Source of the DNA: Auanema rhodensis
Taxonomy: Eukaryota; Animalia; Nematoda
Direction of reading: 5' to 3'
Length of the DNA: 64,000 bases
Assembly (NCBI GenBank): GCA_964057225.1
Contig: OZ059898.1
Span: 8,928,001-8,992,000 of the forward strand
Shown here piece after piece: positions 26,376 to 38,900 of this stretch. Within the stretch, counting starts at the first letter, position 1, and every line of letters starts with the position of its first letter. Both the position numbers and the translations under genes were made by a program. Below the pieces are notes generated by a model. The model did no database searches. It was not told the origin of the DNA and saw only the letters and a program-made list of their open reading frames with translations.

Positions 26376-27269
26376 ATGCAATTCTTTGTTTTATCCGCTG
26401 TTTTCTGTTTGGCTGCTGCTAATGGTTATGACTCTATGAGCAGCGGCTATGAGACTGCTGAGGTATGATGACCAATTTCGCGAAAATATTTTTAATTACT
26501 TGTTCAGCATAATGCTCCAGTTGCCGAGCCTGTTTCCGCTACTGGAGGTGATCCATTAGCCTACCAAGGAGATGGTCCAGCTCACGATCCAGTCAAGTTC
26601 GTCCCAGCCCCTGAACCAGTCCCAGGAGTTCAAATTCAAACCACGAAATTCCAAGTTCCAGGAGTCCAGCTCCCAGAAATTCCACACATTGACCCTGTCC
26701 CAGTATGAATTCAAAAACTCGATGTTTATACGAGTTCTTTTTTTAGGTTCAACAACCAATCGGAGCCATCAAGCCTGTCTTCGAGAAGCCAGAGCCAAAG
26801 CCATACCAAGACCCAACCGCCGGAGTAAGTAAATTATATTTTCTGTTTGAAATATGGTTTTCACATATAATTTTTTACAGGGATTCCACGGAGTTTCCCC
26901 ACTTGAAATCCAAAAGCAAGTCTTCGTTGTCCCAGGAATTGAAACCCCTGATATTGCTGCTCCAAAGCCAGTCGCTGTAAGTAATTCATGATTAGGATAT
27001 CTGAGTGAAAACTATTTCAGATTGCTCAGCCAGTTGCCCCAATGAAGCTCTCTTTCGAACAACCAACTGCTCCACCACAGTACAAAGACACCGGAAGCAT
27101 CCCAGTTAACGAGGCCTACCAAACCGCCGAAAGAGTTCAACCATACATCCACATGGATGCTACCGCTCAAGATCAGAACAAGTACGGAGACGACAAAGCC
27201 CCAGAAGTAGCTCCAGCTCCATACAGACGCTTTAACCGTTTCCTTCACAAGAGAGTCATGCTCGCTTAA
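26376..27269 (+). CDS. Secreted Pro/Val/Gln-rich protein of unknown family (5 exons)
   Basis: Signal peptide MQFFVLSAVFCLAAA; all exons join in frame to ...APAPYRRFNRFLHKRVMLA-TAA. Strong high-expression codon bias (CCA, GGA, AAG, TTC, TAC); TATA box GTATATAAG near 26302; AATAAA near 27360. Confidence 0.85.
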
Positions 27270-27915
27270 TCTGACGTATTATTGTACTAGTATCAGTTAT
27301 GCACTTATTCGAGTTAATTTGTTTTCCACTATTACTCGTAATGCCTTAATAATTTTTTTAATAAATTGTCTCCTTCATACACTTCCTTTATTAACTTCAC
27401 TTCAAATATTATCGGTATTTACCAAACGGGTCTCAAGAATTACCATCTGAATCAATTCAGTAAATAATGCAGTTTCTAAACTTTTTACAACTCCGCTAAG
27501 AATCTTAATTTTAATTTGATTTTTGAAAATAATTCCATCACCGATATTCTAACTTATACTTAAGTTGCCTTTATGTTTTCCCGACAAGTTAACCGAACAA
27601 TTGGTTATAAAATTTGTCGAACTAATGTCACAGCTGTAAGACGAAGAGAAATTGACGTGAGAGTTTTTGACAATGTATTGAATACAAGCCTCCGGAATGT
27701 ACAATATTGAAAAGAAAGTTGTATTTTACGTTTTAGATGTCATTTCCAATATAATCTATCTTATATACTGAAGGTTTGGAACTGTTATACAGTTTGGATA
27801 TATCTTGCAAATAAAACAAGAATGATGAAATTATATAAAATTGAAAAATTTAAGGAAAGGTTTTATTACTAGGATCTGTGTGATAACACTCTATGTAAAG
27901 CTTTAAACAACAGTA

Positions 27916-28347
27916 TCATGAATTTTTTTTTGCAATAATAGCATTCGCTTCATCTTCAGTGATAGTAACAATCTTTATATGAACAGGCATTTCAATCTGC
28001 AAAATATATTTCGTTCTGGTTTAAAATATATTAAATAGTGTACCTCAGTATGAATATCAGCTCCAACTAGCTTAACATTCTGTTCTTGTTCAACTCGTTG
28101 ATTGACCTTTTGCTTGTTGGTTCTGGCATCTTGAAGAGGCTGAACTATTGCTGGGTTGTGAAACAGACTAAAGCATTATTAATCAGAGATAATATTTTAA
28201 TTTAATTTAAAACATTTATCCATACCTAGGTGGTAAGACTTGCTCGTCCTGATAGTGTCCTTTGAGTACATAAAACCGTTCATCATGATATTCAGCGGAT
28301 ATGACAATAATGCTTATAAATAAAAAATAAAAACAACACTTCATCAT
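27916..28347 (-). CDS. Small secreted hypothetical protein (3 exons, ~110 aa)
   Basis: MMKCCFYFLFISIIVISA signal peptide; GT-AG introns join in frame to ...IEMPVHIKIVTITEDEANAIIAKKNS-TGA. Confidence 0.65.
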
Positions 28348-28768
28348 AAGTGTGCTGTTTGATATTGGCAATATTCACAAATATTCATTCTCAGAAAACT
28401 GTACCATTGACCGCGACAATCGGTTAGCCAACTTGTCCTTGATTCATATCTAATTTCAATTCATATTTGAAGTTTATTAAATGTTGTCCTACTATTTTTC
28501 AGTATATATTAAATATAATACTATTTGACATTTTAAACTATATAAAACAAATAAAATAACAAATATATTTATACCTATTCATATATAAAAATCATTATTC
28601 GTATCACTTATTATTTCATTATGCTCTATGTACATGATGCATCAAGCAATTAAGTTTAAGATAATAATAAAATTGAAGGAATGATGATGGTCACCCGGTG
28701 TCTTTGTAGTTTTTTGGATATTCAAACAGAAATATCCAAGTTTCGTAAAAGAAATATCCTAAATCTTT

Positions 28769-31700
28769 TTATCCTTGAGCTTTTTTAGCAGCTTGCATCT
28801 TAGCTTCAAAAACCATATGTAGTCCTCTCCACATTATTACCTTAAATGTTTTGTTTAAGATTGAATTCGAAATTATCACAACCTGTTGATGAGCAAATTC
28901 GGAATATTTAGCAGTGATTCCTTGTCGCCGTGCAAGATCGGATGAAACTTCTTGAGCTTTTCTATACTCTTCCTATAATAAAAAGTAAACTTTTAAGTAT
29001 ACCTACAAGTATATGTGTATAGTCAACTGCTATACGATAAAACAAGCGTTAACAAGGCTTTACCTGAACTCTTTTTTTCAATTCGTCACCATCCATACGT
29101 AGAGCATTTAAATCTTCACGATACTGTCCTATTTTCGATTCCAGGGAAACAATTTCTTTCACAATGTCTTGCTGCCTTGTCTCTAAGCTGTCAATTTCCT
29201 ATAATATGTTCATTCAGATTTGTCCTGTCACAAACTTGATACAACTCAACCGATATGTGTTGGAGCAAGTTTTAAAATGACGTGATAATTATAATACTTA
29301 CTGCTTGCATATTTGCGTGCATAGTTTCTTTTTGTTCTCGTCTTTGATCTATCTCAGCTTTAGCTTTCGATACAGAATCGTTCAACAACTGAAAATATTT
29401 AATTCAGAAATGTTTCTCAAGATTGTTTACCGTATATCGCTCCTGCTGCTTTTCCTTTTGTCTTTTCAATGGATCAATGTCATCCCGTTTCCTCTCTATT
29501 TTTTCAACCATTTCACTAAGTAATTTACGAAGCTCGTCAACATCATCAACCCTAGATGTGAAACCTTACTAATTAAAAAAATCATCCAAATAAGAATACT
29601 TATGGTCATTTATTGAACAATCATGTTTTTATTAAAATGTTATATGTTGGCGATTAATGTTCATACTAAGGCTTAAAAGTAAGAGTTACTTACGAGGGTG
29701 CAGCAGTACGTGGACGTTCTTTGATGGCATTGGCCTGCTCTCCAACATGTATTACTTCGCCACCCATCGCATTCTAAATGATAATAATCATTAAAATATA
29801 ATGAAAATAAAATATCTAAAAAAGAAACACAAACTTACAATTTTTTCCACCAAATTATTATATTTTCTGGAAAGCATTTCCATTGTTCTGATAAGTGTGC
29901 CTTTTTCAGTGATTATTTCATCTAATTCTTGACGTTTTTTCTTATATTCCTGAGTTCGTGCTCGGAGTAAGTTAACATAATTTCGAAACTGAAAAGTAAC
30001 GTATCTACAGAGGAAATTTTATTAAGATAATGAAATTGTGTACAAGCTGTATTTGTTACATCCTATAACGTTATTTGGTGAATGTAGCAACAATTCCCTT
30101 GAGCAATTATATTATAGTATAATACCTTTAGCCAAGACATATTAACAAGTTTTTTTTTTCAAATTATTATCATTATAGATTAGAAAAAAAAACAAATGAA
30201 CATAATAAATTCTTTGATTTTACCTCTTTTCCACTGATAACATCTACCCCTGATTTCGTTTTTAGTTCCTTCTTCTTGTCTTCAATTTGAGTTTCCATTC
30301 GACTCAACACCTGCCTGAAAAGAAAAATGTGTGTGACTGTATTTTTTGAATTAAGTTTACAATTAAAATAAATAATTAATTTACTTATGCAAAAATGGAA
30401 ACAAAAATGAATATTTCTACACGGATCTTTAGGATTATACAATTATAACAATAATCAACAAATTGTTTAAGGATAATATGATTCAGTACATTTTATGTCA
30501 ATTTCATTTACTTAGTATATATCATTATTAATCTATAATTGTGTTTAATATAAAGAAAAATAGGAAAATAGACTTGAATCAATATGTAAAAACTTTCTAA
30601 TTTTTCTTTTATAAAATAGAAAAAAAAATGAAACAACACTCAATTTTACTCTTTAAATTAAAAAAATCTACAGATATACAGATATATTCTGATTCACAAA
30701 TTGAGTAATCATGAGACTAGATTACTTGAATACCTCTTCTTCATACCAGGAAAGAGAATATACATGTAAGTAGTAAACATATATGTATATGTATATATAG
30801 TATATATAGTATAGATACATATACATATAAATATATACATATGAGTATAGTCTAGACGTTTGTAAAGCCAGAAGGATCTGGCAAATACCACGAAAATCGT
30901 TCAGGGCATGGTTATTAGGTTCCCTTAAGCACTTGATTGGAATGGGTGGTCTGAGAATACAAGCTAACAACGAAAGGAAGAAGGCGAGCAAAGAGAGAAC
31001 GAAGATGAAGGAAATGGATGTGATCGAATAGAGAGGGAGGACAGATGGCTCAGACAGTAGTTGTCTTGACAGCTTTCACAACTTTGCTATCGGCATATCT
31101 TTATTCGTTAGGAATCAAACATTTTTTATTTTTATTAGTAGATAATGTGAAAAAATTTAATAGAAAAATAATATAATTTGTTAGTGAACAAGTTAAAGAT
31201 ATTTGTCGTGTGCTCTCTTCAACGACGAAGCAGCGTCTATAGGGACTACTTAGGATAATATGTAATGGGCTTTGCGTGAAGAGACTGATGTCTGGTCATT
31301 TTAGGATAAGAAATAGTTAGATACGAAGATGAATACTTGCTCATGAGTTGCTTAGAGTATGTGATTGTAATGCAAATGATGGATTTTGAAAGAAGAAATT
31401 AGATCTCTAGATACATTGAAAAACTACAAAGATACTTTGAGCTATATGAAAGTCATCGACATATCTGTTATTGAAAACCAAAACTGAATACTGAAATTAC
31501 ACGTCAATAGCGTTACGTGAAAATTAGCATATACTGACTTTGACTTATCTAAAAATGTCAAAAACTGACAAAGGGTCGTGAAACAATTTAAGACTAGCAG
31601 TCTGAATATCCGATAAACAATTACACGTCTAGTGTAGAACAAGAACATAGACAAAAATTTTTAAAGAAGCAAAAACAAATGAAGAAAAAGATGAACATGT

Positions 31701-32187
31701 TGACGAAGAAATGACAGAAAAAGAAAGAGTGAAAAGAAGAAGCATGGCAGTCGAAGACCCAGCTGAGACTCGTGAGAGCTGTCCAATTGAATGAGATTAA
31801 CTTAGAATATCATGAACATCCAGAGACAAGGAGGAGAAAGTGATTACTACAGATAACCTATCACATTTTGAGAAATAGATATATAATATTTGAATAAACA
31901 AGATGGAAAACAGGTCATTTCCAAAATTTGATGTTTATTAGTTAGCACATTGAACTAAGGCGTTGTGGTTGGGAATGTGAAGAGATGTTGAAAGCATAAA
32001 AGACATAAGGAAGATAGAGCACGAGAAGGAGAAACAAAATGGGAAAGATTTTAGGAAAGAGAGTGTCATAGATTGAAGAAGAAAGCGGGGGAAGGCAAAA
32101 GACAAAATAAGGAAAAGTGAGGGTTAGACGATCAGAAAATAACAAAGAAAGAGGAAGAGAATGAGATAGGAAGAGAAAGAGTGAGAA

Positions 32188-32218
<31 letters not shown>

Positions 32219-34853
32219 TGGATACAAGAACGGGATGAGAGCTAGTAGGCTGACTAGGATGTGATGGTGAGACAGCAGAAGAGAAGCATCACGTCCAGAT
32301 GGTCAATCTGAGCTAGGTTTAGCTTTAGAACCGATTTCCTGCTTCGATTTTTGGATTCCAAAATGAAGAATAACAGTTAAAAAAACAATTTCAAAGATAT
32401 ATAACTGAAAATAAAGATATAGCTTCAAAAATTGATTGTTTTAATAATCGGTTCGTAAGGAAGTAAAAGCTGCGAACACATGTTCCTTTATGACGAATTC
32501 AATGAACTTAAAAATAAAGAAAATAGAGAACGAAGCACGAAAATAGAACAAAATAAGATCAGTAAGCTGGATATATCAAGTTTCCTATAAGCCATATGAC
32601 TTTTTCTCTCTCAGGTCACAAATTAATTATAAATTTGACCCGGTGAGGGTGGGTCTATGCACTCAAGTGTACTTCTTGACAGCTGGTGTTTCGATTCCCA
32701 GTATATGTACAAGCTTTGCTTTAAAAAATTTGAGCTTTGTTGTTGAGATTGTTAGAAACAATGTCAAACAGTGTTTCACATTACAGTACTAATAAAATAT
32801 ATGAATAAATAAATTATCCGACCTGGCTTGTTGTAAACGATTTGCAACAGCTTCCTTTTTTCTCTCAACAGCAGTAGCTTGATGACGAAAAATACTAAAT
32901 ATACATGTTCATAATTTTTTATTAAATTTTCATATTTTTCACCTCAAATTGTCATCTAACCCTTCTTCTGATCGATCACGTTCCTGCTCCATTTCCATAA
33001 TTCGATTAGTTGTCTCACGAACCTATAAAAAACAAAAAAATGCAAAAAGGTAATACAATTTGGAAAACTTGGCTTTGCAGATCTTGGATATCTTTCTGAT
33101 CCATAGCAGGCATTGCAGATATCTGCAACATATACATGTTTATGATAATTTAAGAATTAAAATTTATAGAAAGATATATTATTATATATCAAATAATTTT
33201 AATAATATTTTCTTAATAATCAATTAATCTGATCAAAATATAAATTATTATTCTAAAATCTCTATCGCAGGGCTATATAAACTAACATATCCTATCTGAA
33301 AATGTCATTCATTGCGCATTAAAGAACAGAAGTTTTACAACAGGAATGAATATTAAGAACATCAGATCTGTTATAATAACGTTTGGTTTTAATAAACTTC
33401 CAAGTAAATAACTATAAGTATATTTGTTTTAAACTACTTTCTGATTCATTGGAATTAAAGCTAAGAAGAAAATAAAAATTGTCTTTTGATACGTATTAAA
33501 AATCTTTTAATAATAGAAATACCTTAGTTAATTCTTGAATTATTTGTCGACGATTTTGAATATCGGTATTGAGTTTATTGTTTGCTAAATACGTATTTGT
33601 TGTAATTTCATCCTGAAGTATTTGATAATTATAATGAATTTCTTTGGGAAGCTAACTTCTAGCTGAGCAATTAAGCTAGTTTGATCGATACTTTCTCCTG
33701 CAGCTTGTGCATCAGCGTACTGTCCACGTAATCTTGTTAATTTTTGATCAATATGTATTACCTAAAGAAAAATAAATTTATAAATCAATATAATATTTAT
33801 TATTATTATTACAGCTTCTCTTTGATCAGTTCTTTGTACATTTAATTCAGCCGTACGGTTTCGTTGGGATCGTAAGTATTCTGCAGCCGCGAGATGTCTA
33901 TAAAATATTAATTTGATCTTTAATTTTTAAAACAAATTGTTGTTTGTCATATTAAAAAAACAACTACAAGATCACTAATGACAAAAATATAAATTATTTA
34001 TACTATATGAATAGAAAAAAATTAAAATGTTATAATAAAACTATAAGGTAAACATACTTTTCTAGACCAGGAAGCTTTTGAACTTTTCTCTCAGCTCGTT
34101 CAATTTTTCTGATTAAAGCTTCTTTTTCTGAATCCATCATCTTCAAATCACTCCTTATATCATCTAATATTAATGAATCTTGAGAAACTACGGTGACTCG
34201 TGAATGAACTTCCTGGAAGATATCGCCTGTTGAATTAAATATAAATAGATAATAAAACTTTGAATTTTTCCATTAGATCTGCCAATTCATTTTGAAGCTG
34301 TGCGGTATCCATATCATGAACTTCACTAGGTATTTCCACCTGAAATCACAAATTTTATTAAAATTGAACAAAAATAAATGTCTCACTTTAACAAGAAATT
34401 TTGCTAAATATGCTCTTTCTTTAAGTGTTTCAATATTTGAAAAAATATAAGACAAAGCAGGATATACTGATTTCTTTGCTCCTTCAACAATTCCAGCTCT
34501 CCATTCATCACTGTTTGAAAAATTTTTTGAATAATATGAGAAATAAAATAGTTACAGGTCATCTGGATCAGTTGGTTGTTTGAATCGTAGAATTCTTAAA
34601 TTATTCAAGATTCTTATAGCTGTTTCCTCTGCTGTTTCCTGGGTAATATTGATGTTATCTATTTGATATATCCAACTATAATTTATTTTATATTATTTTA
34701 AACAAAAATAAATAGAAAATACCAAAGCACATCGCTTAAACATTGAAGTAACTTGGAAGGTGGAAGTGAATCAAATGTAATGACAGATACTCCCAAATTG
34801 AAAGGTTCTCTGTTGAGACATGAAACAATCAATTGAATTTTCTCTGATGCCAT
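28769..34853 (-). CDS. ift-81: Intraflagellar transport protein 81
   Basis: N-terminus MASEKIQLIVSCLNREPFNLGVSVITFDSLPPSKLLQCLSDVL matches the IFT81 CH domain. Also LKERAYLAKFLVK, IFRHQATAVERKK, FRNYVNLLRART..YKKKRQEL, and C-terminal MWRGLHMVFEAK. Confidence 0.93.
32150..32220. repeat. Purine-rich (GA)n/(GAAA)n tract in the large ift-81 intron
   Basis: aaagaaagaaagaaagagagagagagagagatg, seen directly in the sequence. Confidence 0.8.
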
Positions 34854-34956
34854 CTGAAATAAATAACATTTTCATAATTACAATTAGAAATAAAACATTT
34901 GCATTATATGTAAAAAGAGACAATTTTCTGGTATTGACCACTACAAACGTATTGAG

Positions 34957-34970
34957 GTTTCCATAGCAAC
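34957..34970. promoter_or_regulatory. X-box (RFX/DAF-19 site) of ift-81
   Basis: GTTTCCATAGCAAC, a match to the GTHNYY-AT-RRNAAC consensus, ~104 bp upstream of the ift-81 ATG. That is the typical position for ciliary genes. Confidence 0.92.
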
Positions 34971-35947
34971 AGCTCAACGCAATTCGAAATGCGTCTGCAA
35001 AAGATTTCTCCCAAAGTACATTGATAAGACAAATGAAATACCAAGAATAATTTGCAAAATACAAAGAAAGCATTGAAATAAATTTACAAATTATTAGTTC
35101 GATCTTGAAAAAGCATTGTGAAGATCATTATTAAATGATACAGGATGAGATATTGATGTAGCAAATATAATAATATTATAACAACAATTATTAAAATAGC
35201 ACAGTATAAAATAATATAAACAATAGATATTTTTATATAATATATATTATAATTTTAAATTATATTTATATAGATTATAAGAAATTTTAGTTTAGTAAAA
35301 GACTATTTTGAAATGCTCTTTGGATAATACGCATCAAAATACAACAATATACATATACTTTATGCAAAAACTTTATTGAAAAATTATAGTTTTATAATGT
35401 TAAAATATTAAAAATAATATTGGAAATATAAAATATATTTATATAATAACATATTAACTATACAGAAAATTATATACAAAGCTTTATATCTTTGTCTTTT
35501 TTCGGAATTTAATTATTTATTTTAACATTTAAATTAAAATGTCAAATAAATAATAATATGAATTAATCATTAAATCTTTAAATTCTTTGGTTAGTTATAA
35601 AAATAATATTTGTATTAATCAATCTAAATTAAATTTTATTTTAATTGCATTTTGATAATAGTCAACTATATTTGTGAAGAATTTTTAGTTCAATAGCTTT
35701 ATAACAAATATTTGTTGTGTTAGTTGAATTTAAGTTATTAAATTTAAAAAATAATTATTTTCTTATGAATATTATATATTTAATGGAAAATATCTTACAA
35801 CTGAGAAATACATATACATGTATATACAGTGTATATTGATACAAGATATGATTTTTAATATTTTATAATATTATATATGTTTTATCAATTATAATATTTT
35901 AAGTTCAAAATTGAACTATTTCAAATTATTTTATAAATATTTATAAT

Positions 35948-38900
35948 TTATAAAGAAATGAATGTACGGTGAAACAAAAAAAATATCTGACTGAATCTTA
36001 TTACATGGCTTCTTTCGTACAAATCTTGTTGTCATTTCATCTCGGTAACCATTGATCATTCTACTTACAGTCTTTTTTTTCTTTTTTCTAAAATTAGATT
36101 ATCATTTTTTTGAAAGAAATATTTTTAGACGGAAAAATATTTTCTACAAATATCAGTTATATTCTCAATAATCATTATTATAATAGTAGAATTTATTAAG
36201 GATTGCTGTTGGTAAGAAAGAAAAAATTTATATTTAAGAGTAAAAATTATAAAATAATATTTACTTTATTAAGTATCTGATTTAAACTATATTGATTATC
36301 GTTTATATACAGAAGAATCATCTAATCTTTCAACGTATATGTATATTAAGATTGGATGTATTAACTAATTTAACATATTTTAAATATTATAACATATAAA
36401 AGTAGAATAGTTTATTCATTAAAATATTATTGTTTTATTTATATATTAAGTTTTTTTTAAATGATTTATACATCAATTAAAAACGAAAAAAGCAAATTAA
36501 ATAGTCAAGAAATACGGAACAACCATATACAGTAAATACAAAATTCATTCTGAATAAATTATCGAATCTATATTGAATGTGTAATATTGTTTATTTCATA
36601 TTCTCTTGGAATTGTTTCAACGGTTCACAAATGTTTCTTGAGAAAAATCATGTTCTTGATGCAATTGTTGTAATAATGAACAATCGAGTAAATTCAATAT
36701 CATATTTAACAATGATTGAAGAAGTTATATTCTATATTATTTCTTGTTTCTTATATTTTTAGATGAGTAATACAATTAAGGTAAATTATTGAACAAGCTG
36801 TTAGACATGTGAAAAGATTTATCTACACTTCTAGTACAAATCCAGTGAATAATACACAAAGACAGACTTTTGAGTTGAAAAGTAACTTTTCACTACAAAT
36901 TTTAGTATAATTATTTGATAAAAAGAAGAGATAATTGATAAGCAAAATAAAAAACTTTTGTTTTAATTTTGTTGAATGTTTTAATGATTTTATATAATGT
37001 ACTTTTGAGAATATTGAACAAACAAATGATTTTATGTAATATAATTCATTTTATATGTAATAAGACATTGAACAAATTTTTTTGTTTTTAAGTTTTTCTT
37101 CTTTTTTTTTTATTTCATTGCTTAATGAGCTTCTTCCATTGAACTTGTGAGCTTTGATGTCTGTTGTTTTTCATAATTTATTATTTTCTATCATCATTCA
37201 GTGTATGTATGTATCTACGAAATATTATTAAAGGATTTCTATTTCAAATAGTGTATCTGAAAAAGTATTTTTACTTTTTTCCTTCAGATAAATTTAGAAC
37301 AATATGAAAACAAAATATAAAGCAAAAGAGAATCAGTTTTTCATGTGTTATACATAGATATGTGGTATATTGCATGTCCTTTTAAACTTTTAATTTTAAA
37401 AGTAAAATAAAGAAAATAAAAATAAAGGAAATGATCTTTAATGTAATCTGATAATTCAAAAAATATGCTATCAATATATTCATATGTATTCATATGATAA
37501 CTAATTTTTCAAATTTGTTCTCGAACTGTACAAATGAATTGCAAAAAAAAAAATTAAAATATATTTCTCATTGCAATATATATAAAAACAATAAATGTAT
37601 ATATATATATATATATATAATATAGCTTGTACATATGCTCTATATGTATAACATACATCAATATAATATAAATAACATTTGTTTTCTAACTCAATTTTGC
37701 TCATATAATTCGAATAATAGATTAACTATATAATTATAACATTTTTCGTAGTTTTATTTATATAGTTCTTATTCAGCAATTTATTTTTTAATTTCTAATT
37801 ACAGCTTTTGCGTGAACTTTCAAGATTTTAGAGATATTTATTTTGTCTTCTAATTCATTGTTGAGTGCTTGTTCATTATGTGCATTGCTTGTTTTCTTTG
37901 TTATATTTTTAGGCAAAAAAAGGTTAATTAGAAATACAATTGACAATTTTATATTCTTAACTATATTTACTTATATTTATATTTATATATATGTGAGTTG
38001 CTTAACCAAGTGGCTTCTCATTTCGTTACAAGAAAAAACCGTCTGATCTTTGTCGTAGAACTGAAAGGCAAATTTAAGCTGATAGCCTCACTCCACTTCT
38101 ATATGTTGTTTAGCTAAGCAGATTTTCTGCTGAAATTCCTGCTCTCAAAGCTAAGTGAGCTTAACATTGCCTTGATAATCATATTGATTGTTAGGAACCA
38201 ATTAAATATTATTAGTACCTTAATCATTATTATTCGAAGAAGTCTTTTGACTGTTATTTTTCTTATTTTTTATTCATTTCAAACTGTAAGGTAATAATAA
38301 TTTTTATCATTAGATTAAGGAATAAACGTATTTTTTTGTAGACAATATACATACTATTTTACATTTTTTTTTGAATTTTATTATGATTTCATTGAGATTA
38401 TTTACAATTTGTCCAATACGAAAACAAGTAAACTCTCTTTTGATATAGTATAGTGTGCAGATTACAATGAAATTCCACAATTTCATCGTTGGCAATTAGT
38501 ATACTAGAAAGAGGTTCTTTCTTCTTCTCTTCTTTTCTTTGTTTCTATGTAAAGACAATTAATGAAAGACATCCAAAAACATACATCATCTACATCATTC
38601 TTCCCAACTTTAGGCATCCAATATTCTAGACCGAAAGTTTAAAAAGTTTTTTTTATCAAATATCTTTTTATTTTTAGATATAAGTTAATGTAATATCTAA
38701 TAGTTTAATCAAAAAATAATACTTGTTCGAACAATCTTCACTATAGTTTATTGATTTATTATCATTTCCTGTTAACATAATACCCAGTTCTCCTTGACTT
38801 GATGTTTCTATCTCATCCTGCTGACCTGTTATTTTTTTATCCAAAACATTGCTTTTTTTTCTTTGATATATCAACTTTCTGTCACTCATTCTAACAATTG

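Noticed and set aside
28680-28740. mir-35-like sequence CACCGGGTGA plus a short hairpin behind ift-81
   Set aside because: No complementary arm for a precursor, and wrong strand to be a target site in the ift-81 UTR.
31203-31222. Resemblance to mir-46/47 (TGTCGTG...GCTCTCTTCA)
   Set aside because: Seed mismatch, internal gap and no upstream star arm.
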